Below are positions 24,459-38,521 of a stretch of DNA of 64,000 bases, piece by piece. Source of the stretch: Rhodosorus marinus CCMP1338 (lineage: Eukaryota > Plantae > Rhodophyta). The notes beneath the pieces were generated by a model that saw nothing but the letters and a program-made list of their open reading frames with translations, had not been told where the DNA came from and searched no databases. Position numbers and translations under genes: made by a program. Position 1 is the stretch's first letter; each line of letters opens with the position of its first letter. Location of the stretch: assembly GCA_029953675.1 (NCBI GenBank), contig JAMWBK010000002.1, positions 310,001 through 374,000 of the forward strand, read 5' to 3'.

Positions 24459-25578
24459 CTACTTCGATGGTGGCGGATATGCCGGATACCCTCCTTGACC
24501 AGGCGGTGGTGCTGTTGGCCCCGGAGGTGGAGCTTGGCCAGGAGGCGGAGCCCCGGCTCCGGGCGGTTGTTGACCAGGTGGGGCTCCGTAGTATCCGCTT
24601 TGCGCGGGTGGCTGTTGACCGAAATATCCGCTCTGCTGCGGGGGTGCTTGTCCATATCCTCCTTGACCGGGGGGTGGTGGTCCATAGCCCCCCTGGCCCG
24701 GAGGTGGCGGTCCATATCCTCCCTGGCCCGGAGGCGGTTGTCCGTATCCTCCCTGGCCCGGAGGTGGTTGTCCATATCCTCCCTGACCTGGAGGCGCTGG
24801 CCCGTAACCCCCCTGCCCCGGAGGCGCATAACCACCTGCCGGCGGTACCCCGGGAGGAGGGTAGTACCCTCCTGGAGGTGGATAGCCACCTGGTGCGGGT
24901 GGATATCCCCCGCCCTGCGGCGGGTATCCAGCTTGCGGTGGGTATCCATAGGGTGCTTGACCTGGTTGCATTGGGTATCCGCCATATCCTGGAACTCCTG
25001 CTTTCGGTTCTGGTGTTCGAGAAGCACAAAAAAATGAATATCTTCGTTTAGCATATCATCCCGTACGAAAAGAAATATGGTAACAACAGTACCTTTCGCC
25101 CTCTTGTGGAGGACAACTTCAAGCCTAATCTCCCCTCCTGCCTTTCCCTTTTCCGTTCTCATCGCGTACCTAAAATTAATGAGAAGGCTCGTTAGACGTT
25201 GTACAACAGGCAGGCAGCTAGAATTTCTCTGAGCTTGGCGAAACAATCGCACCATTGGTTAACGGAGGCAGATTGCTTCCCAGGCTGGTTCAAATGGTTC
25301 AGATCTATATCTGTATAGGCGATCAGCCTGTCCTTTCCAATATTCTTATCCTTGACGTCGACTCTCAAATGCAAATGCGCCATCCCCGACTCCGGAACAT
25401 CGAACGAGAAATTCTGGTTCCATCTCGCCTTGGTTCCAGCCTCGTCCTTGACGGTCGTCATAACAACCCGATCAGTATACTTCATCCGAATCTCTACATA
25501 CGGATCTTGCCTTGAGAACCTTTCCTTATCAGGCATATGCCGAGCCTCAACAACGCAAACATCCATCCTCCCCGACAT
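24459..25578 (-). CDS. C2-domain protein with a long Pro/Gly/Tyr/Gln-rich tail, 3 exons
   Basis: MSGRMDVCVVEARHMPDKERFSRQDPYVEI..GTKARWNQNFSF..LRVDVKDKN..DRLIA (C2) |WYAMRTEKGKAGGEIRLEV| then a PPPGQGGYG-repeat tail ending PPPSK*. Confidence 0.9.
24651..24830 (-). repeat. Six 30-bp coding repeats encoding xPPGQGGYG(P/Q)
   Basis: Units start at 24651, 24681, 24711, 24741, 24771 and 24801. Confidence 0.95.
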
Positions 25579-26864
25579 ATTTTGTTCAAACAATGAAAAA
25601 AAAACCTTCCCCACTCCCCCCAAAAATCTCTCTTCAATCCCCACCCCCGCCCCCCACTCAGCCAACTCAAACACACGATCCTTATATCCTTTATCCAAAA
25701 ACGAAAAACCAAGAATTCAGACGCTTCTATACAGCAGGGACCCTTCTGCCTGCCCTCCACTAGCAATCCACAGAACCGCCTTCCTCCCCACTGACAATCA
25801 GCAGTCCTACTTCATCGGCTGCCTCACACAAAAACCCCTCAAAAATATATATAATACATCCCCACCCCTTTCCAAGAACGAATCCATATATCCCATCTCC
25901 TCCCAATTCAAATGACCCCCTCATACTTTTTCTTACTTTACAATCATACTACGACCCGCCCCCTTATTTTCATTTTTATTAGTATATTAAAAATAATTAT
26001 ACATATACCAAAATCTTACCCCCCTTACAAATTGCTTGTAAGCTTGAATATACCTTTTTGAAGGGGGGTAAGAAAAGTTGCATTTAAAGGTTAGCTAGTA
26101 CGAGTACTAATCACAGAATTTGATGAATCAGTCATGGTGTGAAAAACTTATAGTAGAATTAGATAATCATGGAGTAGCTACGGTAAGCTGATGTAGTATG
26201 ATGGAAATAAATTCGTATTTTGGGGCTTATTTAGGACGTATATGATCTATTAATACGATACTATGGGGGTAACATGGACTGTCAGTGACTTAAAAACGAA
26301 ACTTACACATTGATCTTGACTTAATTTTGTTTTGCTATAAAAACAAGGGCCATACAAACTTTTCTATTGAATGGATTGAATTTAGTGAATCTATAAAAAA
26401 ACCTACACGTGGAATGGGATTCTTTTCCGTGGTTTTTGGGGGGATGGGCGTTGGGGTCTGCATGGACCTGGAGGTTTCGATGAAGTTTGGGGTTTGAAGA
26501 GAGAATGCTCAGAGAAGGGTCTGGTCTGGAGCACAATACAGGGTGAAGTGTCCCGATACCATTGATTACTATGTGGAAACCGCAACCAATCACAACCCCA
26601 ATCCCTTTGCAAGGCTTCGCTGTCCAGCAGCTTTTTTGAGCTCGTCGCCACTGTACTGGATATGATGCATTTGGATGTTCTGTGCTCCAGATTTTTGGAC
26701 GGGCTTGAAGTGCCTTCGTTCGCTTTATGAACTCCTGAGAAGAACCATTTAAGTATCAAATATCTAGGCGTGTATGGCTTCCACAGTGAACTTTTTTTCA
26801 GCACAGTCTTCGCTCTGGGATGAAAAGTCGTCAAACATGGGGTGGTTGCTGGTTCCTCTAGCAG

Positions 26865-27840
26865 TCAGGGCGGAGGGTAGTAACCAGACGGCGGAGGTGG
26901 ATACTGACCACCCTGCGCTGGATACCCTCCTTGACTAGGCGGCGGTGCTGTTTGTCCTGGAGGTGGATACTGACCACCATGTGCTGGATAACCTCCTTGA
27001 CCAGGTGGTGGTGCTGCATGTCCTGGAGGTAGAGCTTGCCCTGGATGCGGGGGGTATGCGGTGGGTATACAGTGTGCGGTGGGTATGCAGTATGCGGTGG
27101 GTATGCAGCATGCGGTGCGTATCCGGTTGGTGGTGAATATCCGTATGGTACTGGTTCTGGGTGTCCTGGTGACGCTCCAGCTCGTGGATCTTGAGGTTAG
27201 AATGGAAAAGACTTCTATCAGATAGCACGACAGCACTACCCTAAACCAACTGAATGGCAGCGAGTACTTACCATCATACTTCTTGCGCAGAGTGATTTCA
27301 ATAACCCCAGACTAATGCTGAATAAGAGCTAGTTCCACCCTACGACTCAAGTAGTAGTTAAAATACCTACGAGTAAGTACAATGCGTTTAGGGAAAACAT
27401 GGCGTCACGCACCTCTGAGTGAGATACTGTGATGCGTTGATTAAAAGAGAGAGCGTGAGAGAGAGTAAGTAACGCTGGACATGCCCTTTTAGCCTCCGCA
27501 CAAAACAAATTCCAGGGGTATGTTGTCTTGCGATTGGTTTTGCAAACTGTAGTGCACGATCTCCTTACCGTCTGAAAGTTGAATGCTGAGATGCGGTACT
27601 GAGCTGGCAATCAACCTCGCCCCAGCGCGGCTCAAGCGTGCTGCGCCAAACATCCCGTAGCGTTTGTTCGGCTGACTGAAAAGCCAGTGCTGAGGTGTGG
27701 GATCTGCTGAACCGATTTCAGCAGTCGTGATGTTGGGATTAGCTAGGCAAACTGTCTTAATGTCCTTCTCCCCTTCTGAAGGATGCACGCTGAGTAGCCC
27801 GGTCCATGCCGTAAAAACCCATGCAGAACTGCAAATCAAC
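26865..27840 (-). pseudogene. Diverged tandem paralog of the C2/Pro-rich gene, frameshifted as assembled
   Basis: Same exon layout (..SGVIEITLRKKYD G|intron|DPRAGASPG vs GGEIRLEVVLHKRAK G|intron|EPKAGVPG) and same PPPGQGGYP tail; frame changes at the G6 run 27049-27054; in-frame TAG at 27312-27314; 5' end uncertain. Confidence 0.65.
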
Positions 27841-29598
27841 CTTGTCCTGTCTCAAGTCGAAATTACTATGGTTGACTGAACACTGCGGATAGATTGGTCC
27901 CTGGGAAATTCAAGCCGCAGACTGCTGACAAGATCCGAGAGATTTCTAAGCTCTTCTGCGATGAACCATTGTTGGAGCTTGCGGCACTTGGAAGACAAGA
28001 CGAGACCCGACTAACTTGCACCGCAACTGCGTTGTTATCGGGGTGTACGCAAATGCTTGAAGTTTCAACGCTTATGCTGCATAAGTGTTTCATACACTTT
28101 CATACCAACATGTCCCGCACATACACAATTTTAGCCGTTTGAGTGCAGATTTTTCCCCTTCGATATTGGATTTTTCATCGGAAAGCACATGCGGCGAAAC
28201 GCGGTCATCCGATTCAACAATTCTGAAGTTTCGCAGTTTGTATGTCATGTTGATACGTCATCATCGTTGGCTTATTCAGAGCAAGTGCTATCCTCAAGCT
28301 TCTACTTTCTAATCTCCTCAGCTTGATCATATACAGCAGATGGAGGTCCATCGCGGGTGCGATGATCCTACAGAAATTCGATACCTTCCCATGCGACGGG
28401 CTAACCCTTTCATCGCCATCGATGTTAGTGTTTGTACTAGTTGTACGAAGGTTTTTATCGTTTCATAGAGTTGTCCAAGTCCTGTCTTTCGTGTTTTTAA
28501 GACTAAGGTAACCCATGATGACGATTGCCTTCGAAAGCTCAGCTCAGCCCCGCCGCCTGAAGATCCGAGACGTAACTGAACTGGACTTCATCTCACCGGA
28601 AGGCTAGTCCTTCATGGGAAGAATCATCGGCATGGCTTTGTCTCCTTCCAAGACCTCCGATTCATCGGACAGCTGCACTTTCACGATGCCTGCGATGATT
28701 TCCTTGATGGAGTGCCCTGAAGGAGACCCTCTCATACGGGAGCTAGGATCCAAATGTGCCGGGATCCACTGTTAGAAGAGCCATTCAAAGTTCCCAAATT
28801 CGTCAAAACCTCTTGTCGTATACTGCTCCTTGAAACTTGTACTTTGGCTTCGTCTTCATCCCCTCACCAAACAACAAGCGCAACACTTTGCTGCGTCAGT
28901 TCCCGCGATACCTGTTGGGTTCAGTCGAAACAGTACATGGAGGGTTTCAGTCGGCCCGAGTGGCTGAGAAGAGCAAAGGAATACGCTGACAACTTGCGCT
29001 TCCAAGACGAACTGTTACGGTCTCAAGCTTCCTTTGGCGGGCATTTGAAAAGAAATCGACTCTGTTCGAGCCTAGCTAGCCTGAGCTGGTTGAAGACGAG
29101 GATGACGAGCGTCGAGGAAGAACATTCTTGGTGAAAGCTTCACTGGCGAGTAGTTGCTTGGAAATCTTGGTTCAGTCCGACCCCAGCCACCCTGAGAGGA
29201 GTGAACCAAGACCCTGATGACGGGCGGGGAGAACAAGTTTTGGCCTCGCTAGGCTTGGCGGGTTTTTGGAGAAGAAGTTTTGCTTGTTTTTGAATTTTTC
29301 AGAAGAATATATTGTTTTGTGAAAGAAAACCCAATACACATCTTGGTTCCCATTTTGCAACTTGATGCTGGGCATGGCGGGAATAGCTCCATTTCACTTG
29401 ATTAAGCCAGCATCATACGTTTTCCTAGAAAGATTTCGGATTTTCCTCGAAGGCTACAGCACCTCCGACAAGTCATACATTGAACGCCTTTGCGTTGGAC
29501 GTTGTTTCGAAGCAGCTCCGAGCTTCTAGTGTCCCGCTTTTGCAGTTCTCCCCCGGGGGGAGATATCTCGTTTACTTGCTCAGTACAAGGAAAACAAT

Positions 29599-30511
29599 CT
29601 ACTCTTCCTTCTTCTCTTCCCCAGAGTTCTCCTCTGGAATAATGCCTTGCTTAACCAAGTAGGCAATGATCGTCTTGGAGGCCTCCTCCGGGCTCTGTTC
29701 AGCGGTGTTGATCTTGACTTCTGGTTCCACAGGAGCCTCATATGGGTCATCGATACCGGTGAAATTCTTGATCTCTCCAGCTCGGGCCTTCTTGTAAAGT
29801 CCCTTAGGATCACGTGACTCGGCAACCTCAAGTGGGCCTGAAGGAGATCGTCAAAGGAAATGGCGATGGGTTTGGTTCAGCCCCGGCTGTGAGATACACA
29901 GCTTTTCCACTAGTAAGGGTTGGGACGCTTACAGTCAATGTGGACTTCAATGAAAGGAATCTTGGCCGCTTCGTGGACGTCCCTTGCGATCTTTCGGTCC
30001 GCAATGTAGGGGGAGATGAAAGCGGTCATGGAGATAATTCCCATGTCGCCCATGAGCTTTGCAACCTCTCCAATACGGCGGATGTTCTCAGTTCTGTCCT
30101 ACTCCCATGAAAATCAGCAAGGCACGCGTGGTCAACATGGATTCCCGAAACAAGCTCTAGAGTTTCTTCAGATTAGTACCTCAGCCGAGAACCCAAGGTT
30201 CTTGTTCAATCCATGGCGGATGTTGTCACCATCGAGCCGGTAGGAAAGCGATCCCCTCATCAAGAGTTGCTTCTCAAGCTCCACGGAGACGGTAGACTTG
30301 CCAGATCCCGACAAACCAGTCAACCACAGCGTAGCGCCCTTCTGTCCGAGGACCTTGTGGCGATCCTCCCTGGTGACTAGACACAACCCACCAAGCAATT
30401 CACATCGCTCAGGAAAATCCGTACCAGAAAAAATATCTCTTCTAGATGTGGATTCAACCCAAATCACTCACCTTCACCCTCATGCCAAACAATGTTCGTT
30501 GCCTTCTGCAT
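29599..30511 (-). CDS. cysC: Adenylyl-sulfate (APS) kinase, multi-exon
   Basis: [12 protein letters not shown]; [18 protein letters not shown]; [21 protein letters not shown]; [11 protein letters not shown]; [44 protein letters not shown]. Confidence 0.96.
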
Positions 30512-31734
30512 TATTTCCAAAAATAAGGATCCTAAACAATGGGGCACTAACTGATAACACAACCAAACAACGCAACTAAGCCAAAAAACTTCACACTTGA
30601 TAACCTTCACCCTCCTCCCTACCCCCAAACCTTTCCCCCAAAAACCTTCTCCCACGAACCGATTCTTCCTCACGATCTCTTCCGATCGGCTCTAAGGCAT
30701 TGAAAACAGATCCAAAACCGCATTGATCCAATACCCCCTCTTATAAACACTCTCAAAATATCTTATTCAAACCATTCAAAAATCATTATGCACCTTGTTT
30801 ACCCTATTAAAATCATACTTCATCTTTATACATAATAAAATATTACCTTTACTTTTCGCAAAGAGAAATCTTTATCCCCTACGTTTAATATTTGTCTCGA
30901 CGGAGTGCTGTTGAATAATGCATCGATTCCCCCCCCTTTAAATTCGGAATGGATTTTGTCACTCTACGTGTCCAAAAACCATTATAAAGGAAAATACTAG
31001 AAATAAACATTTAAATCAGAAATCGCGAATAGTCGGTTTCGTTTTAGGAAATGATTTTAGAGGTTTGGGTTTGATTACGGCTTTTATTGGATGAGCTGTT
31101 CCAGACGTGCGGAATTATTTCTGCGAAAAAATATAATTGTTTCGCAGGAAAAAGGCGGTTTTCTTGGTCAAACCTCTGACGTACAACCCGCCCTGTCTTG
31201 GGTGTACGATAGTACCTTATATGTTCGTGTACTATTTGTTTTGTCGTACGAATGCTCCCGTTTTGGTTTGTCGGGGTTTTTGGGGGGGAGGGGGTAGATG
31301 GATGGCTTCAAGCGCTTTGCTCAGATCCGCCAACGAAACCTGCGGACGCTTTTGGATACCACCTTGTGCGTGGGAACTGTTCTTCCCTTGTTACCCGGAG
31401 ATGAGTTTAACCAGAGCCTCATTGTTGTGTGCATGGCCATCGATTTGTTCGTTTCATGTTTTTTGTTTCATGTTTTCTTTATTGAATTATATCTTCCGTC
31501 GACATGTACAATCACTTCGTTTCGATGTGTTTCCGATCGCGTACGCTGCTGGAGCCGCCGAGCAATCGCAGTCCAGTTCCGTACAGGTCGCCCTAGAGGT
31601 CGTTTTAGCACATTCTGCCAGCCTTCTTCACATGTTCACACCTGACTGTTGACTTTCACGGATCTATATTCACTGAAAATGTACATCTAAACAACTTCTT
31701 CTCCTTCCACGCTCGCGTCTATCTTGGAACTTAT

Positions 31735-34726
<2,992 letters not shown>

Positions 34727-36197
34727 CTCAGAGAGTTTTCAAGGACCCGAAAATTGCCCAAACACCCTTCCACTGCCCAGCGAAAGGTCCAACCAACGTT
34801 CCCAAAACCACCTCAAAACCTCTTTCAACGCTACAAACAAAGAGCTAAACCCCGCCTCCCCAAAAAACTATCTCAGCTAGCACTAGAACGTGAGACCAGT
34901 ACCGCTAGGGCAGTTCCGTTAAAAGAACCCTCAACTCAAACCTCCTTCCTTGTCAAAGACAGCACAGAGTATATATGAAGCAACCTCGTCCTCGTCCCAA
35001 AAAGAGAATGCCTGCTCCATATTTGGAGAAAACCCCGAACCCCTCCTACTGAAAACCGTCAAATAATCTTCCACTTCATAATTTCGATAAAAATACAGTT
35101 TAAATTCCCAAAGACACGCAAGAATTCCTCCCTCCCCCCTCTCTCCTCCTTTCAATTCTACTATTTCCATGACGTAGATCTTCCTGACCATGAAGCGGCT
35201 CTTGCAGACGACTTTCGTTCTACGAATGATTCTTCCAGGCCCAAAAATGCAAACAAGGCGAATGTTCCATCTCCCGAATAGTGAATAGTGAAGAGCACAG
35301 CGGCCAAAGCAAGGAGGGCCAGTGTTCCTCTTTAGAGGAAAAAGTTGAGAATGTAATCAATCGATATACGTGAAAACTGATTGATGGAATGAACTCGAAA
35401 GTAGGGGGGAAAACTATTTTGGAAAATTGAGTTTGCGGAGATCTGAATTTCAGGCTATGATTCTCGTCGGTTGATCTTGACGGGTCTTTGAAGCGGTTGG
35501 CCGTCTGTCGGTCCGTGCTGCCCTAGTGATGATGCGAGTGGTTCTTCTGTCTACGAAAATGGTACCTGAATAGTAGATTTTCTCTGTCCGCGTACGGACC
35601 CCGCCATTATGCCATGTTAACTCCTGCTATTGAGAACCTTGATCATCCCAGAGCCTGCTCTATCGCCAAACTACGTGTCTACGTTTTTGCCTCGCTATTC
35701 AGACGCGATCACTAAGAGGATCGTGTCTGAATCGAACCCAGAATGAGCTTCTGCGACCTGAACCGGCTTATCTGGTCGAGCGGATTGACCACCAGAAAAT
35801 CCGCGTATCGGACTCTAGATTGCTCTTCCAAGTTCCGCGCAGATCGGAACTTGATTGACATGAACGCGAATTAGTCTTCTCGGATCATGATTTCAATCTG
35901 GCTCATCAGAATCAGCAGAATGTCCTAACAACTTCCAGACCATCATCGCGCTAGTTACCGCTATGGTCCTCCCGTGGCCCGGTTCCCAAATCAGTGCCCA
36001 TCAATGTTTTGTAGTGCCAAATCACTTCTCATCTAAACGACTTTTTGAGGAAGAATTGTTCATAGCTGCTGGGTTTTGGCTGAGGACTGGTCAAGGCTAG
36101 GTGGGGGCTAGTGCTCTAATTCAGTTCTACGGGACCGATTCTTAATATTAAATCTGGAACTTAAGGATTCAAAAACGTCTGTGCGTGTGTTGTCCAA

Positions 36198-38219
36198 ATG
36201 TCATCGAGACTGTTCGACGAGGACGAGGATGATGGACTCTCGGATGAGGGGCTGGACGTCTTCGCGGGCTTCATAGTACGTCCGCCGAGAGCGAAGTACA
36301 GCATGAACGATCTAGGTAGGAAAATATATTTGGAATCGATGCATTCTTTCTAGTGGTACTGATAGCTTCTGGTTCCGTCGTTTGCTTCATGGTTGAAGGT
36401 CCTACGCAGGATACCATTAAAAATGTGCGCGTTACCAGACGGGACTTTGAAGTCATGAATAGTAGGAGGTTGCGACTAAGGTGCTCCATTTGGGAGCCTC
36501 AGACAGAAAAGCAACCCGGTGACCCGTGCGTCATTTACCTGCACGGAAACGCATCCTGTCGAAGTGAGGCCCTGGCAATAGCGCCGGTGGTGCTTCCTTA
36601 CGGCATAAAGCTCGTTGGATTCGATTTTTCTGGATCTGGTCACTCTGAAGGTCAGTACGTCTCGCTCGGGGTATTCGAGAAAGAAGACGTCGGCTTCGTC
36701 GTGAACTACGTGCGCCAGAATAACCTGGCCCAAGACATTGCTCTTTGGGGACATTCAATGGGAGCGGCTACAGCGTTGATGTTCATAAGCTCTATCCCCA
36801 ACCCACCTGTCTCTTGCGCGATTTATGATTCTGCGTATGCGTCGTTCGACAAACTGGCAGAGGGATTCGTGAGTGCAACAACCCCAATTACTCTGTCATT
36901 GGTGTCTCGCGCCTAATCCGCTACTCTACAACCTCTTCCAGGTCGATCAGCTGCAGCTCCCGAGCGGACTACCGAAAAAGTTGGTGCTATCCATTGGTGT
37001 TCGCCGTGTTCGCAAGGTTGTTAAAACGAAGGCGGAGTTCGACATTAATGATGTAAATCCTCTAAAGCACGCGAAGAGTATAAAACAAACTCCGTGCAAG
37101 TTCGTTCATGGTACGAACGATGAAGTAGTCCAATACGTCAACGCCGAGGCCTTATTCAAGGCGTACGGCTGTCCGGACAAGGAGCTTGTCAGAGTTGTGA
37201 ACGGAGAACATACGCCAATGCGACCCAGATCTGTAGAAGACCGAGCTTTGTCGCTTGTTCTGAGAACGCTTCTGCCCGTTGTGGCATATTTAACTACCTT
37301 GAAGGCTCGGGCCAATCATCACCTACTCGAGGTAAGAGCGTGGGAAGGGAGGAGAGGGATGACTTCAGACAACGCCATTCTAAACAGGCTCAAACTGTGC
37401 GATCGGCCGGGTAACAGGGTGACGTGGAGAACTCGACAACACTTTTCACAATTATTATAGGAGAAGCTGAGAGGCTCCTGAACCAGCCGGACGAAGAAGA
37501 CGAAGAAAACGAAGAAGACGAAGAAGAACAACCAACGCTAGGTGCTGCAACTCTCGGTCCCTCAGACGATGAGACAGTGAAACCGTCCGCCTCGAAACGG
37601 TTCTTTTCGAGACGATTTCAGAAGAAGGAAGAGCAGCCATCCCTGCGACAAGTTTCGGCCGAATCGAAAAGGAAACTATTCAGCTTCCGCGGAAAGGATC
37701 CGTTTAAGTTCCAGTCCAAGCGCCTCGGCGCTATGAAATTGTCGGACGTGAAAGCGGATGCAGACCAACCGATCATTACTCCTCTCAATGAAGACCAGAA
37801 GAGAGACTTAAAGGCGTTGCTAATAGCCGTGTACGGGAACAGAAGCCTTGCTTACCTCCTCATCGAAAAGTATGCAAACGCCATATCCTTGACAGGCATC
37901 GTTCGCGAGCTCTGAGCTCTGACTCTTTGACTTTTGAGGAGGAGCTAGCCAAATTCTTTCATATTGCAAATGCTTCATGAGCAAACGCCTAATTCTCTGG
38001 TGATTTACGTGCAGGGGCGAAGAATCCTTGGCGGACGCGAACAAGGCGCTGAATCTCAATGAAAAGTGGATTCGAGGATACCACAGAAAAGCATCAGCGT
38101 TGAAGCTCATGGGCCGACTTGATGAAGCGAGGGCAGCTATCGAAACGGGCCTCAACATGGATCCAAACAATCAAGCACTGATAGACTTACTCAAAGCGAT
38201 ACGTGAAAATCCGAGCTGA
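36198..38219 (+). CDS. Alpha/beta-fold serine hydrolase fused to a C-terminal 3-TPR domain, 5 exons
   Basis: FIVRPPRAKYSMNDLG|P, VIYLHGNASCR, DFSGSGHSEGQYVSLG, WGHSMG nucleophile elbow, VHGTNDE, NGEH; in-phase introns 37332-37417 and 37870-38014 join TPR motifs LKARAN.., VYGNRS.., RGYHRKA..DPNN. Confidence 0.88.
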
Positions 38220-38521
38220 AGTAGTGAAGTGTTCTTGCACGAAAGTTTGGCCACGTAATCTGCACCGGAATCGGCCGCGGGGAGTGCAACTCGGAGAGCT
38301 GAAAATCATCAGTGAGGGGAGCTCACCAGTCGTGCCCACCGACCGACATCCTTGTCGAAAATCCAAAGGCGCAGCTCGAACTTTTCTACCAAGTATTTGC
38401 ACATATTTTCTTAATATATATATAAATGCACCGGAAGATTAAAATGGAATCTACATTATCCGGTTCCGTAGCAGGGTGATGAGCGCGCGAGTCTTGATAG
38501 CTTGTGGTAAGGACGATCCGA

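Noticed and set aside
24651-24830. Regularly spaced repeats as a possible CRISPR array (also 42631-42773 and 58277-58339)
   Set aside because: No unique spacers, coding or tandem in nature, eukaryotic context, no cas genes.
24315-25255. Several long overlapping ORFs (240, 208, 194 and 277 aa) over the Pro-rich exon
   Set aside because: Shadow ORFs caused by GC-rich repetitive codons lacking stops; only the PPPGQGGYG frame splices to the C2 domain.
31298-31652. Small plus-strand membrane protein after the G-tract at 31280
   Set aside because: A spliced model is possible, but the hydrophobic part is T-rich intron/UTR-like sequence with no family signal; too weak to call.
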